DNA of 64,000 nucleotides from Oscillospiraceae bacterium (GTDB lineage Bacteria; Bacillota; Clostridia; Oscillospirales; CAG-382): NCBI GenBank assembly GCA_015064945.1, contig SVRF01000004.1, positions 1,383 to 65,382 of the forward strand, read 5' to 3'. Shown piece by piece: positions 28,670 to 38,050 of this stretch (position 1 is its first letter; each line of letters starts with the position of its first letter). The notes under the pieces were generated by a model. It saw only the letters and a program-made list of their open reading frames with translations, ran no database searches and was not told where the DNA came from. The position numbers and the translations under genes were made by a program.

Positions 28670-30424
28670 TTAGTTTACCTTTACCGCACCGAAACGGCAA
28701 ACGGTAGCGCATTTTCCGCACTTAATACATTTATCGCTGTCAATAACGAAATATTCCTTAACCTTGCCGCTTATTGCGCCAACGGGACAATTGCGGGAGC
28801 ACAAAGAACAGCCAACGCATTTTTCTTTGTCTATACTGTACTGTCTTAACGCGGCACATTCGCCTGCAGGGCACTTCTTTTCGTTGATGTGTGCTTCAAA
28901 CTCTTCCCTAAAATACTTAATTGCGGTAAGTACAGGGTTGGGTGCTGTCTGCCCGAGGCCGCAAAGGGCACCGTCCTTGATGCCAAGGCAAAGCTCGGTA
29001 AGCAGTTCTATATCACCTTCCTTACCTTCACCTTCGGTGATACGGCTGAGCACCTCAAGCATACGCTTGGTGCCTATACGGCAATGTATACACTTACCGC
29101 AGGATTCCTTAGCGGTAAAGTCAAGGAAGAACCTTGCCATATTAACCATACAGGTGCCTTCATCCATAACAACCATACCGCCGGAGCCCATTATTGCACC
29201 GGTTGCACCAAGGCACTTGTAATCTATAATTGTGTCAAGCAGCTCTGCAGGGATACAGCCGCCGGAAGGGCCGCCCATCTGAACAGCCTTAAACTCCTTA
29301 CCGTCTCTTATACCGCCGCCGATATCGTAAATAACGTGACGCAGGGTCTTACCCATAGGAACTTCCACAAGACCGCCGCGGTTTATCTTGCCTGTAAGGG
29401 CAAATACCTTTGTACCCTTGCTGTTTTCGGTACCCATTGCAGAAAAGGCACTGCCGCCGTTGTTAATTATCCACGCAACGTTTGCAAAGGTTTCTACATT
29501 GTTGATATTGGAAGGAAGGTCGTTATAACCCTTTTGTGCAGGGAAAGGAGGCTTAAGGCGAGGCATACCGCGCTTACCCTCAAGACTTTCGATAAGTGCG
29601 GTTTCTTCCCCGCACACGAAAGCGCCTGCACCTGCTTTTATACGCATGGTGCAAGAGAAGCCGCTACCCATAATATTGTTGCCCAAATAGCCCTTTTCGG
29701 TTGCCGCCGCTATAGCTTTTTCAAGACGCTTGATAGCAAGGGGATATTCCGCACGAACGTATACAACCATCTCGGATGCACCGATAGCATAAGCACCGAT
29801 AAGCATACCTTCTATAAGGGTATGAGGGTCACTTTCTATAACTGCACGGTCCATAAACGCACCGGGGTCACCCTCGTCTGCGTTACAGATAAGATACTTC
29901 TTGTCACCTGCGGAAGCTCTTGCGGCGTTCCACTTAAACCAAGTGGGGAAGCCTGCGCCACCCCTGCCTGCAAGACCGGATATCTTTATTTCCTCTATTA
30001 CGTCCTCAGGGCTCATATCGGAAAGAACCTTGCGGATTGCACCGTAGCCGCCCTTTGCCTCATAAGCCTCGATCTTGTCGGGGTCGATTATACCGCAGTT
30101 GCGAAGAGCAATACGGGTTTGAAGTTCCAGAAAGCTCTTATCTTCCTCGGATATCTCTATATCTGCAAGGGAAGAAAGCTCCCCTGCTCTTACTGCGCTT
30201 ACTATTCTTTCACCGTCTTTTTCGGAAACACGCACCAAGCGTTTTACCAAAGCATCGCCGTCATAAATATCAACGATCGGCTCCAGATAGCACATACCTA
30301 TACAGCCCGTGATTTCTACGGAAAAGCTATCCTCTGCCTTACGGTTTACCGTTAATGCGTTATGTACCTGTGCCGCACCTGCCGCAAGACCGCAGCTACC
30401 CTGACCTACTACTATACGCATCAT
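28670..30424 (-). CDS. NuoF/HydB-like NADH-binding flavoprotein subunit
   Basis: GRGGAGFPT, CNADEGDPGAFMDR, GAGAFVCGEETAL, ESCGKC..CR.G; N-terminal thioredoxin-like and C-terminal ferredoxin domains. Confidence 0.92.
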   Translation of the reverse strand: MMRIVVGQGSCGLAAGAAQVHNALTVNRKAEDSFSVEITGCIGMCYLEPIVDIYDGDALVKRLVRVSEKDGERIVSAVRAGELSSLADIEISEEDKSFLELQTRIALRNCGIIDPDKIEAYEAKGGYGAIRKVLSDMSPEDVIEEIKISGLAGRGGAGFPTWFKWNAARASAGDKKYLICNADEGDPGAFMDRAVIESDPHTLIEGMLIGAYAIGASEMVVYVRAEYPLAIKRLEKAIAAATEKGYLGNNIMGSGFSCTMRIKAGAGAFVCGEETALIESLEGKRGMPRLKPPFPAQKGYNDLPSNINNVETFANVAWIINNGGSAFSAMGTENSKGTKVFALTGKINRGGLVEVPMGKTLRHVIYDIGGGIRDGKEFKAVQMGGPSGGCIPAELLDTIIDYKCLGATGAIMGSGGMVVMDEGTCMVNMARFFLDFTAKESCGKCIHCRIGTKRMLEVLSRITEGEGKEGDIELLTELCLGIKDGALCGLGQTAPNPVLTAIKYFREEFEAHINEKKCPAGECAALRQYSIDKEKCVGCSLCSRNCPVGAISGKVKEYFVIDSDKCIKCGKCATVCRFGAVKVN

Positions 30425-30912
30425 TCTGCCGCCTCCTTCTTTAAGCCCTCAAGTATTGCCACGGCTTTATCGGGGGTGAGAGAGCCGTAGGTTGCGTCGT
30501 CTATCATCATAACGGGAGAAAGACTGCAACAGCCCAAACAAGCAACGTTTTTAAGGGAGAACAAGCCGTCATCGGTGGTGCCGCCGTCCTCGATACCCAA
30601 ATGCTCACATATTGCCTTTTCTATACCATCTGCACCGTTAACATGGCAGGCAGTACCCTTGCAAAGCATTATAAGATGCTTGCCCACAGGCTTAAGTCTG
30701 AACTGAGTATAGAAGGTTGCAACACCCATTACTTTTGCAGGAGTGCTGCCTGTGTTTGCCGCTATGTGATATATTACATCAGTGGGCAGATAGCCATAAA
30801 TATCCTGCGCTTTCTGCAACACCGTTATAAGATTTCCGCTGTCGCCGCCGTAACGCTTAAGAACATCATCCAAAAGCGCAAGGTCGCTCTTTGCACAATT
30901 ACAGTTGCACAT
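30421..30912 (-). CDS. NuoE/HydC-like [2Fe-2S] subunit
   Basis: VATFYTQF, CKGTACHV, ACLGCCSLSP. Confidence 0.92.
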   Translation of the reverse strand: MCNCNCAKSDLALLDDVLKRYGGDSGNLITVLQKAQDIYGYLPTDVIYHIAANTGSTPAKVMGVATFYTQFRLKPVGKHLIMLCKGTACHVNGADGIEKAICEHLGIEDGGTTDDGLFSLKNVACLGCCSLSPVMMIDDATYGSLTPDKAVAILEGLKKEAAE

Positions 30913-31103
30913 AAAAAACTCCTCCGATATAAATTAAAGTCCACTTTGCATTTTAACTCATATTTATAATAAAGTCAACACATTTCGTTAAATTAAATCA
31001 AAAGGTGTAATTTGGAAACGCATAGCCCTATTAAGAATATCGGCTTATCAAAGAGCCGTGACAATCACCTCAAGAAGTTTGACGACTTCTTGAGGACCCC
31101 GAC

Positions 31104-31144
31104 AAAAAGCACCGCAAGAGAAGTAAGCGCTTCTCTTGCGGTGC
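31104..31144 (-). terminator. intrinsic terminator of the helveticin-like gene
   Basis: 15-bp stem GCACCGCAAGAGAAG/CTTCTCTTGCGGTGC followed by T5 on the minus strand. Confidence 0.8.
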
Positions 31145-31158
31145 AGGACATACAGAAA

Positions 31159-33531
31159 CTATTGGTTGTTGCTTATCATTTTCCTAAGCACGGCACAGTC
31201 GGTGGTGTTTACGGCTTTATCCGCCGTTAGGTCGCTTGCCGCAAAATAACAGCCGCTAAGCGTTACCGCTTGAGAAACGTGCTTGCGCAATTGCAAATAG
31301 TCTGCCGTGGAGATATTTGCGTCACCGTTGATATCACCGTTTACGATGATAAGGGCTTCATCCGCCACTTTACCGCTACGGTCAAGGCTTTGTATCTTGT
31401 ACCCCGTGCCTATATAACCGCTTGTGATAACTTGGTTTTGCGAGTTTACTATCTGCAAGGTGTTGGTGTTGCCGAAAAGTGCTGTTACGGCATCGCCCTG
31501 CGTTCCTATGACTATACCGCTCAGCATACCGTCTTCCAATGTGTTTGTTGTACCGATATATTTCAAGCTGAAGTCGTCAACAATTACGGGGTCTGCCGCA
31601 TAAGCAGTGCTGAGGGTACGGATCACGGTTTGGTTGGCGTTGTCTTTAATGGGCTGTATCGCAACGTACACAGTACCGTTATATACCTTTATACCCTGTG
31701 CGGTCTGCATAAATGCAGGCAGTCTGTATACTGCGCTTAGGGTGGTGTTACCGCCGTTTGTGTACAAATATTTGTATATACGCGGCAGTTGCATTTTAGA
31801 GCCGGAATTACCCGTCATATACAAAAACTTTTGGTCCGTACCAACACCGTCTGCTTCAAACCCTTGGAAAGAATTGTTTGGCTTGTTGTTAAGCTTAAAG
31901 TTGCTTTTTACCAAAGATGCAGCATTTTTCAGGGAATAACTGCCGCCACCTGCGCTGTTTATGGCCTGATTAAGCAAGCTTGTAGTATACACCGTATAGT
32001 AAATATCGTCGGAGTTAAACTGCGTGCGAAAAACTATTCTGTTATCGCCGGAAGAAGTGTTGGATACAGCCACACGCTTTACCGCCGTACTGTCAAGAGC
32101 GCTTCCGTCAGCACTTGCATACTGAGTTCCGTTAACGGTGACCGCCGTATAAGAAGCCCCTGTTGCGGAGCTTGCGTCCACCTTATACTGTAGCCTTTGT
32201 ATTGTTGTTGCAAAACTGTCGCTACCCGTTACGGGTGCGCCGCCCGTCCACAGATAGGTGGTGCCTGCAATGCTTTGGTCCACATCCAGGCTTTCGCCTA
32301 TACCTGCACCTTTAAGCACTATATAATCCTTCGCCTCAGCCACGTTACCGTTTGGAATACAACGGCTGATATAGGTATCCGTTCCGTGCTTTTGGCTGAC
32401 GTACAGCTCTGCCATATTCTCGGTATAAGCAAAGTTCTGCACTATGTCGTCAACAGGCAGACCCTTTACCGTATGCTTGTGGTTTGCGTGCATTTGCGTT
32501 ATGGAATAATCGTCAAGAGTGTATATTTTCGTTTTGTTCTTCTTGCCGTCACCCGTAGTATCGTCAATAAAAATGCAGTAGAAATTGCCGTTAAGCATAT
32601 ATGCCGTCTCTATTTCCACATTAGCCTTAGCGGTAACCGTCCACACTTCTTTAAGGGTAATGGAAGAAGAAGTGTAGCTGTATTTATAAACCTTTGGGGT
32701 TTGAGAGCTGGAGCCACCGGAGAAATAAAGGGTGCTTGTACCGTCAATGCCTAAGCCCTGCATAGAACCGTTGGGCAGGTCGCCGCTATAACTTATTTGT
32801 GCAAGCTGACTGCCGCCCATATTAGCCATGGAAACCGAGCCGGAGGAGGCGGAAAGCGCGGCATTTATCTCGGAAAAGCTGTAGCAACACAGGTACTGAT
32901 AATAGGAAGAACCTTTTGCGAACTTAAGCCAAAACATTATGCGGTCGGAATTAGGCGAAACGCTGAATGCCAAACGAAAAATTCTGCCGCCGGAAACAAG
33001 AGCACTGCCGCTTGAAGAAGCATACAAAAAATTGGTAAGCTTTTTCTCATCGGTTATCCTTGCACCCGTAGATACGGAGGGGTCAGGCGTGTAAATAAAA
33101 CGGGATACGTTACGTGCCCAATAGGTTGAAGTATACAGTTCATCGGTGGTATCGGTAATGGTATTACCGTTAAGCCAAACGTAAACCTGCCCTTGGTACT
33201 CATAAACAGCCAAAGCCTCACCGTGACCGTAGCCTTCCAGCTTTACATAGTCAAGGCAGGTGGCGGTAAGACCGTCATCGGACACAAGGCAACGGGAAAG
33301 ATACACGGAAGAGGTTACACGCTGGGTGGTAAAAACATACCTCTCTCCGCTTGGAGCGTTATAAAAATAAAACTGCTGTACCGCCTTGTTTGTGCCTAAA
33401 TTCTTAAGAGTCATAACAGGGTTTGGTGTTTTGGTATAAGAGGTATAGGCGTGCACCTCTTGGAAATCAAAATAAAAAAGCGGTAAACAAAGCACCAAAG
33501 CAAGTATCAATGACAAAAGACGTTTGAACAT
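31159..33531 (-). CDS. secreted protein with two tandem helveticin-J-like (class III bacteriocin-like) domains + X-module/dockerin
   Basis: ATG 33531 with AAGGAGG; signal peptide (VHA); two ~300-aa internal repeats (VQ.F, Q....Y.SRC, DY..L.G.G.GE.L, PN.S.QG, P..YKY); C-terminal GYIGTG + dockerin GDINGDANISTAD / DLTADKAVNTTD. The bacteriocin family call is from recall. Confidence 0.65.
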   Translation of the reverse strand: MFKRLLSLILALVLCLPLFYFDFQEVHAYTSYTKTPNPVMTLKNLGTNKAVQQFYFYNAPSGERYVFTTQRVTSSVYLSRCLVSDDGLTATCLDYVKLEGYGHGEALAVYEYQGQVYVWLNGNTITDTTDELYTSTYWARNVSRFIYTPDPSVSTGARITDEKKLTNFLYASSSGSALVSGGRIFRLAFSVSPNSDRIMFWLKFAKGSSYYQYLCCYSFSEINAALSASSGSVSMANMGGSQLAQISYSGDLPNGSMQGLGIDGTSTLYFSGGSSSQTPKVYKYSYTSSSITLKEVWTVTAKANVEIETAYMLNGNFYCIFIDDTTGDGKKNKTKIYTLDDYSITQMHANHKHTVKGLPVDDIVQNFAYTENMAELYVSQKHGTDTYISRCIPNGNVAEAKDYIVLKGAGIGESLDVDQSIAGTTYLWTGGAPVTGSDSFATTIQRLQYKVDASSATGASYTAVTVNGTQYASADGSALDSTAVKRVAVSNTSSGDNRIVFRTQFNSDDIYYTVYTTSLLNQAINSAGGGSYSLKNAASLVKSNFKLNNKPNNSFQGFEADGVGTDQKFLYMTGNSGSKMQLPRIYKYLYTNGGNTTLSAVYRLPAFMQTAQGIKVYNGTVYVAIQPIKDNANQTVIRTLSTAYAADPVIVDDFSLKYIGTTNTLEDGMLSGIVIGTQGDAVTALFGNTNTLQIVNSQNQVITSGYIGTGYKIQSLDRSGKVADEALIIVNGDINGDANISTADYLQLRKHVSQAVTLSGCYFAASDLTADKAVNTTDCAVLRKMISNNQ

Positions 33532-33651
33532 AAAACGCACCTCCTTGTTGAATTTTACCATATAATTATATAATTTGCAAGAAATTTTATACAAAAGTGT
33601 TGTATTAATTCAAAACAAGTGTTAAAATCTTCACAAGATTTATAAAACGAG

Positions 33652-34167
33652 GTGATTTCTTTGCGGGTTTTTATTGCAATAGAGCTTGAAGATACGGTAA
33701 AAAACTACATAGAAGCTGCGGCAAACAGTCTTGCACTGTTTGGCAACGGAAACTTTTGCAAAAAGGACGCCTACCACATAACCTTAGCGTTTCTTGGGGA
33801 GAGGGAGAACCTAAGCACCGTAAAAGCGCTGATGGACAGTGTTGAGTTTTCGCCGTTTACCGTCAGCACCGCAAACCTTGGCAATTTCGGCAGTACCTAC
33901 TTTGTTTCCGTAAAGGAAAGTCTGCCGCTTAAGAACTTACAGGCGCAGCTTGCAGAAGCGTTAAGAGCAGACAGTGTTTGGTTTGACGAAAAGCCGTTTA
34001 AGCCCCATATAACCCTTGTACGCAGGTTTGAAAAGCGGGGTCAGCCCTTTGTTTTCGTACCCGAAGTCACTTTTGAGGTGAAAGAGATTTCTCTTTTGGA
34101 AACGGTCGGTGCAGGAGTATACAAAACCCTTTATAAAAAAGCGGGAAAAATGATGAAAAATGTCTGA
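33652..34167 (+). CDS. thpR: RNA 2',3'-cyclic phosphodiesterase (2H phosphoesterase)
   Basis: RVFIAI start; two HxT motifs (HITLAFLG, FKPHITLVR). Confidence 0.88.
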   Translation: MISLRVFIAIELEDTVKNYIEAAANSLALFGNGNFCKKDAYHITLAFLGERENLSTVKALMDSVEFSPFTVSTANLGNFGSTYFVSVKESLPLKNLQAQLAEALRADSVWFDEKPFKPHITLVRRFEKRGQPFVFVPEVTFEVKEISLLETVGAGVYKTLYKKAGKMMKNV

Positions 34168-34246
34168 CGTTTTTTGCAAAACACTCTTGATATGGTGGTA
34201 AAAAGGTGATATACTTAAGCCATAAAGACGAAGGAGGAAAAAGGTA

Positions 34247-34612
34247 ATGGCAAAAAGAAAGCTTATACCTACTTGGGTTAAAGTTGCGGCGGTAGCTGCG
34301 CTTTTCGTGCCCTATAAAATAGAAACGGAAAAAGACGAGGACAACAAGCTTGTAAAGCTTTCTGCCCAGAGCCTTGCTACACGAATAACATACATCCCCG
34401 CCACAGAGGATAAGGAAAGTGATGTGTATGTACAGATACCCGGCTTTAACGCCACGGACGATTTTGATTTTGAGGACGAGGAAGAGATAGACTATGACGG
34501 TCTTTTTGAAGAGGTGGCGGACGAGATAAACTGCAGCCTTGACGCTCTTGAGACCGAAGCGGATGACACCTTGTCCGATATAGAGAAAGAGTACTTAAAC
34601 GAACTTGAGTAA
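34247..34612 (+). CDS. hypothetical acidic protein
   Basis: AAGGAGG RBS; short hydrophobic N-segment, D/E-rich C-half. Confidence 0.7.
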   Translation: MAKRKLIPTWVKVAAVAALFVPYKIETEKDEDNKLVKLSAQSLATRITYIPATEDKESDVYVQIPGFNATDDFDFEDEEEIDYDGLFEEVADEINCSLDALETEADDTLSDIEKEYLNELE

Positions 34613-34728
34613 ATTTTCAGGAGTGCCGTAAATCGGCACTCCTTTTGAATTTGAGTCCGTTTTATTACCCTGTTGTTTTGTAATAATAAAACCACCGAAA
34701 GGACAAAATGCTTTTAGGAGGTTTTATT

Positions 34729-35049
34729 ATGATTTACAGTGTACTTACAGCTTTAGCAATGTTTTTGCTTACAGGCGAGCTTTGGGCAGGTGTCGCAGGC
34801 TTTTTCGCAGGGATAGTTGCCACAAGGTATCTGCGCAGCCGTGTGGGCGAAATTATAGAAAAGCGAGGCGGTGTTGCGGACGCACGTGTTATAAAACAGG
34901 TCTGCTACAACAACGACGGTGAAAGAGCACTTCCCGAAGATAAGGAATACACGGTGCTTGTACGTTACCGCAACGGCGAAAGGTTTAAATACACCCTGCG
35001 AGGGGATGCGGTACTGTTTAACAAATTGCGTCCGTATATAAGCAACTGA
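34729..35049 (+). CDS. hypothetical small membrane protein
   Basis: AGGAGG RBS before ATG 34729; two N-terminal hydrophobic segments. Confidence 0.65.
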   Translation: MIYSVLTALAMFLLTGELWAGVAGFFAGIVATRYLRSRVGEIIEKRGGVADARVIKQVCYNNDGERALPEDKEYTVLVRYRNGERFKYTLRGDAVLFNKLRPYISN

Positions 35050-35124
35050 TACTTGCAAAAAGGCTTTATGTGTGTTATTGTGGATACATAGAGCCTTTAT
35101 CTTTACAGAGAAGGAGGGATATTT

Positions 35125-36102
35125 GTGCCCAAGGAAAGCGGACACAAGAAGCGCATACTGTACGTACTTAAATTTTTAGCGGAGCGCACAGACGATAATC
35201 ACGGACTTAGTGTGCAAAAGCTTTTGGAACTGCTTAAAAACGCAGGCATTAATGCAGAGCGCAAAACTTTATATGACGACATAGAACAGCTTAGAGAGTT
35301 TGGCTATGACATCCGACTGGAAAAAGGAAAAGACGGCGGATACCGACTGGCAAGCAGAGAGTTTGAGCTGTCGGAGCTGGTTTTGCTTACGGATGCCGTA
35401 CAAAGCTCCCGTTTTATAACAGAAAAGAAAAGCGCAGGGCTTATTAAAAAGCTTGCTTCCCTCACCAGCGTACACGAGGGCAAAAGTCTTTCCCGTCAAG
35501 TACAGGTAAGCGGCAGGATAAAGAATATGAACGAGACCATATTCTACAGCGTGGACACTTTGCACAGCGCCATTGACGGTAACAAGCGCATAAGCTTTTA
35601 CTATTTTGATCATAACCGCCTTAAGGAAAAGGTTTTCAGGCACGACGGCAAGCTTTACACCGCAAGCCCCCTTTCTCTTTGCTGGGATAACGAGTATTAT
35701 TATTTGGTCGCCTACGATGATGAGACCGAGAACATACGCCACTACAGAGTGGACAAGATGTGGGACATAAAGCTTTTAGACGAAGAGCGCACAGAAGTGG
35801 AAGGCTTTTCGCCTGCCGCATACACGGACAAGCTTTTCGGTATGTTCGGCGGCAAGGAAAGCTTTGTTACCCTTAAGTGCAAGGACCACTTGGCGGGAGT
35901 AATAATTGACCGCTTTGGCAAAAACATACCCTTCAGGCTTGGAGATGACGGATATTTTGAGCTTACGGCAAAGCTGGTGCTAAGCCCCGTGTTTTACGGG
36001 TGGATAATGAGCTTTGGCGGCGACATTATAATAAAAAGCCCCACGGAAGCCATAGAACAGCTGAACAAAACGGCAACGGCTGTTTTAGATACACATAAAT
36101 AA
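35125..36102 (+). CDS. HTH-WYL-WCX transcriptional regulator (YafY/PafB-like)
   Basis: ERKTLYDDIEQL winged HTH; SP..L.W....YYLVAY....IRHYRVDKM WYL domain. Confidence 0.88.
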   Translation: MPKESGHKKRILYVLKFLAERTDDNHGLSVQKLLELLKNAGINAERKTLYDDIEQLREFGYDIRLEKGKDGGYRLASREFELSELVLLTDAVQSSRFITEKKSAGLIKKLASLTSVHEGKSLSRQVQVSGRIKNMNETIFYSVDTLHSAIDGNKRISFYYFDHNRLKEKVFRHDGKLYTASPLSLCWDNEYYYLVAYDDETENIRHYRVDKMWDIKLLDEERTEVEGFSPAAYTDKLFGMFGGKESFVTLKCKDHLAGVIIDRFGKNIPFRLGDDGYFELTAKLVLSPVFYGWIMSFGGDIIIKSPTEAIEQLNKTATAVLDTHK

Positions 36103-36118
36103 CGAGGAGAAAGATAAT

Positions 36119-37981
36119 ATGATAAGCTACAGACTTACGAAAAGCACCCTGCCCTACAAGGCACAGCTTGAATATATGGCAAGCCTTGGACTTTTATCCC
36201 TTGCCGATGACGGTATTTCTTTGGAAGCGGTAAAAGGCGAACGCTTTAAGATAGCCCTGACCGAAGAAAAGGCAAGCGTTACTTACAAACAAAAGGCAGA
36301 TATCTTCTGCGGTGCATTTATGCTTGCGAACAAAAAGCAGGGCTTTAGCGATGTGTTTGAGAACCGCTTTGAGCTATGCGGCGCTATGCTTGACAACTCC
36401 AGAAACTCGGTTACCAATCTTAAACAACTGAAGGAATATACGGCGTACAGTGCCGCATTCGGTCTTAACTGCCTGTATCTTTACAACGAAGACACCTTTG
36501 AGATAGAGGGAGAACCTTATTTCGGCTATATGCGTGACAGATATACCGCCGCAGAGATAAAGGAAATACACGACTTTGCCGCAACCTTCGGCGTGGAGAC
36601 TGTACCTTGTATACAGACGCTTGCTCATCTTAATCAGGCACTGCGTTGGTATTGTTATGCGCCCATAACGGATATGGGTGACACCATGCTTGCCGACGAA
36701 GAAAAGACTTACGAGCTTATTGAAAAGATGGTAGCTGCTTGGCGCTCCGTATGCAGTACGGAGCACATAAACATAGGTATGGATGAGGCGCATTTTCTCG
36801 GCAGAGGCAAGCACCTTGACAAGCACGGCGCAGAAGCTAAGTTTGATATTATGTGCCGCCACCTTAAACGTGTTGCGGAGATATGCGAGAAGTACGGCTT
36901 TAAGCCCATGATGTGGAGCGATATGTTCTTCCGCATAGCCTTTGGCGGTTATTACAGCGACGAGGGCATAGATCCCGAACTGCTTGCAAAGGTGCCGAAG
37001 AACGTTACCTTGGCTTATTGGGACTATTACAGCACCGACCGAGAAAAATATATAAAACAGCTTGACAAGCACGCCCTGTTCGACAACGAAATAGCCTTTG
37101 CGGGCGGTGCTTGGAAGTGGAGCGGCTTTACCCCCTCCATAAACCACAGCTGGAAGGTATCCGAAATTGTGCTTGATGAAATTAAAACGAGAGGTGTCGG
37201 CAAAGTTATGGCGACCTGTTGGGGTGACGACGGTGCCGAGTGTTTATCCGCAACCATACTGCCCGTCCTTGCCCTTTACGGCGCACACCGCTTGAAGGAC
37301 GGCAAGGAAGCGGCAAGGCTTGCGGAAGAAAACACGCTTGATGCCTGCGGTTACACTGTTGACGAATTCTTTAAGCTGTGCCGTCCTTCCGTAACACCTG
37401 CGGAAAACCTTACTCCCTACGCCAACCCCACCAAGTACCTGTTCTACAACGACCCCCTTAAGGGTATGTTTGATAAGCACACCACGGCTGATTTCTCCAA
37501 ATTCTACGCCGACTGTGCGGAAGAGCTAAAGCAGCTCAGCACAAAAGACAGCAGATTTAGATATTTGTTTGACGTACAGGCAAAGCTTTGCTCGGTGTTG
37601 GAGCTTAAAGCCACCTTAGGGGCAGAGCTTAAAGCCGCCTATGATAAGGGGGACAAAGCCGAGCTTAAGCGCCTGCAAGAGGAAGTATTACCGGCAATAT
37701 TCAGCCGCACCGAGGGATTCTACGAGGCATTCCGCAACGGTTGGATGAAGGAGAGCAGACCCGGCGGCTTTGACACGCAGGACATACGGATAGGCGGTAT
37801 GCAAAAACGCTGCTTAGCTGCAATGCGCACCGTGGCGGATTATCTTGCGGGCAAGATAGACCGCATTGAAGAGCTGGAGCAGGACAGGCTGTACTTCGAT
37901 TGCCGCGGCGAAGGCTCTGACAAATGCCTGACCATAGGCTACAATAACTACAAAGCAATAGCTACCTCCAATATACTGTAA
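36119..37981 (+). CDS. beta-N-acetylhexosaminidase (GH20, GcnA-like, no signal peptide)
   Basis: LDNSRN, LYNEDTF, PYFGYMR, PCIQTLAH, NIGMDEA (catalytic DE), MWSDM, WGDDGAE. Confidence 0.9.
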   Translation: MISYRLTKSTLPYKAQLEYMASLGLLSLADDGISLEAVKGERFKIALTEEKASVTYKQKADIFCGAFMLANKKQGFSDVFENRFELCGAMLDNSRNSVTNLKQLKEYTAYSAAFGLNCLYLYNEDTFEIEGEPYFGYMRDRYTAAEIKEIHDFAATFGVETVPCIQTLAHLNQALRWYCYAPITDMGDTMLADEEKTYELIEKMVAAWRSVCSTEHINIGMDEAHFLGRGKHLDKHGAEAKFDIMCRHLKRVAEICEKYGFKPMMWSDMFFRIAFGGYYSDEGIDPELLAKVPKNVTLAYWDYYSTDREKYIKQLDKHALFDNEIAFAGGAWKWSGFTPSINHSWKVSEIVLDEIKTRGVGKVMATCWGDDGAECLSATILPVLALYGAHRLKDGKEAARLAEENTLDACGYTVDEFFKLCRPSVTPAENLTPYANPTKYLFYNDPLKGMFDKHTTADFSKFYADCAEELKQLSTKDSRFRYLFDVQAKLCSVLELKATLGAELKAAYDKGDKAELKRLQEEVLPAIFSRTEGFYEAFRNGWMKESRPGGFDTQDIRIGGMQKRCLAAMRTVADYLAGKIDRIEELEQDRLYFDCRGEGSDKCLTIGYNNYKAIATSNIL

Positions 37982-37991
37982 GCGAAAAACG

Positions 37992-38034
37992 AGGGCTGCC
38001 TCAAATGCTGTATTCTTGCATTTGGGACAGCCCT
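37992..38034. terminator. terminator hairpin between convergent genes
   Basis: AGGGCTGCCTCAAATGC...GCATTTGGGACAGCCCT. Confidence 0.7.
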
Positions 38035-38050
38035 TAAATTATTTAATTTT

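Noticed and set aside
26626-30912. [FeFe]-hydrogenase, complex I or glutamate synthase operon
   Set aside because: No H-cluster motifs, no membrane nuo subunits and no gltB.
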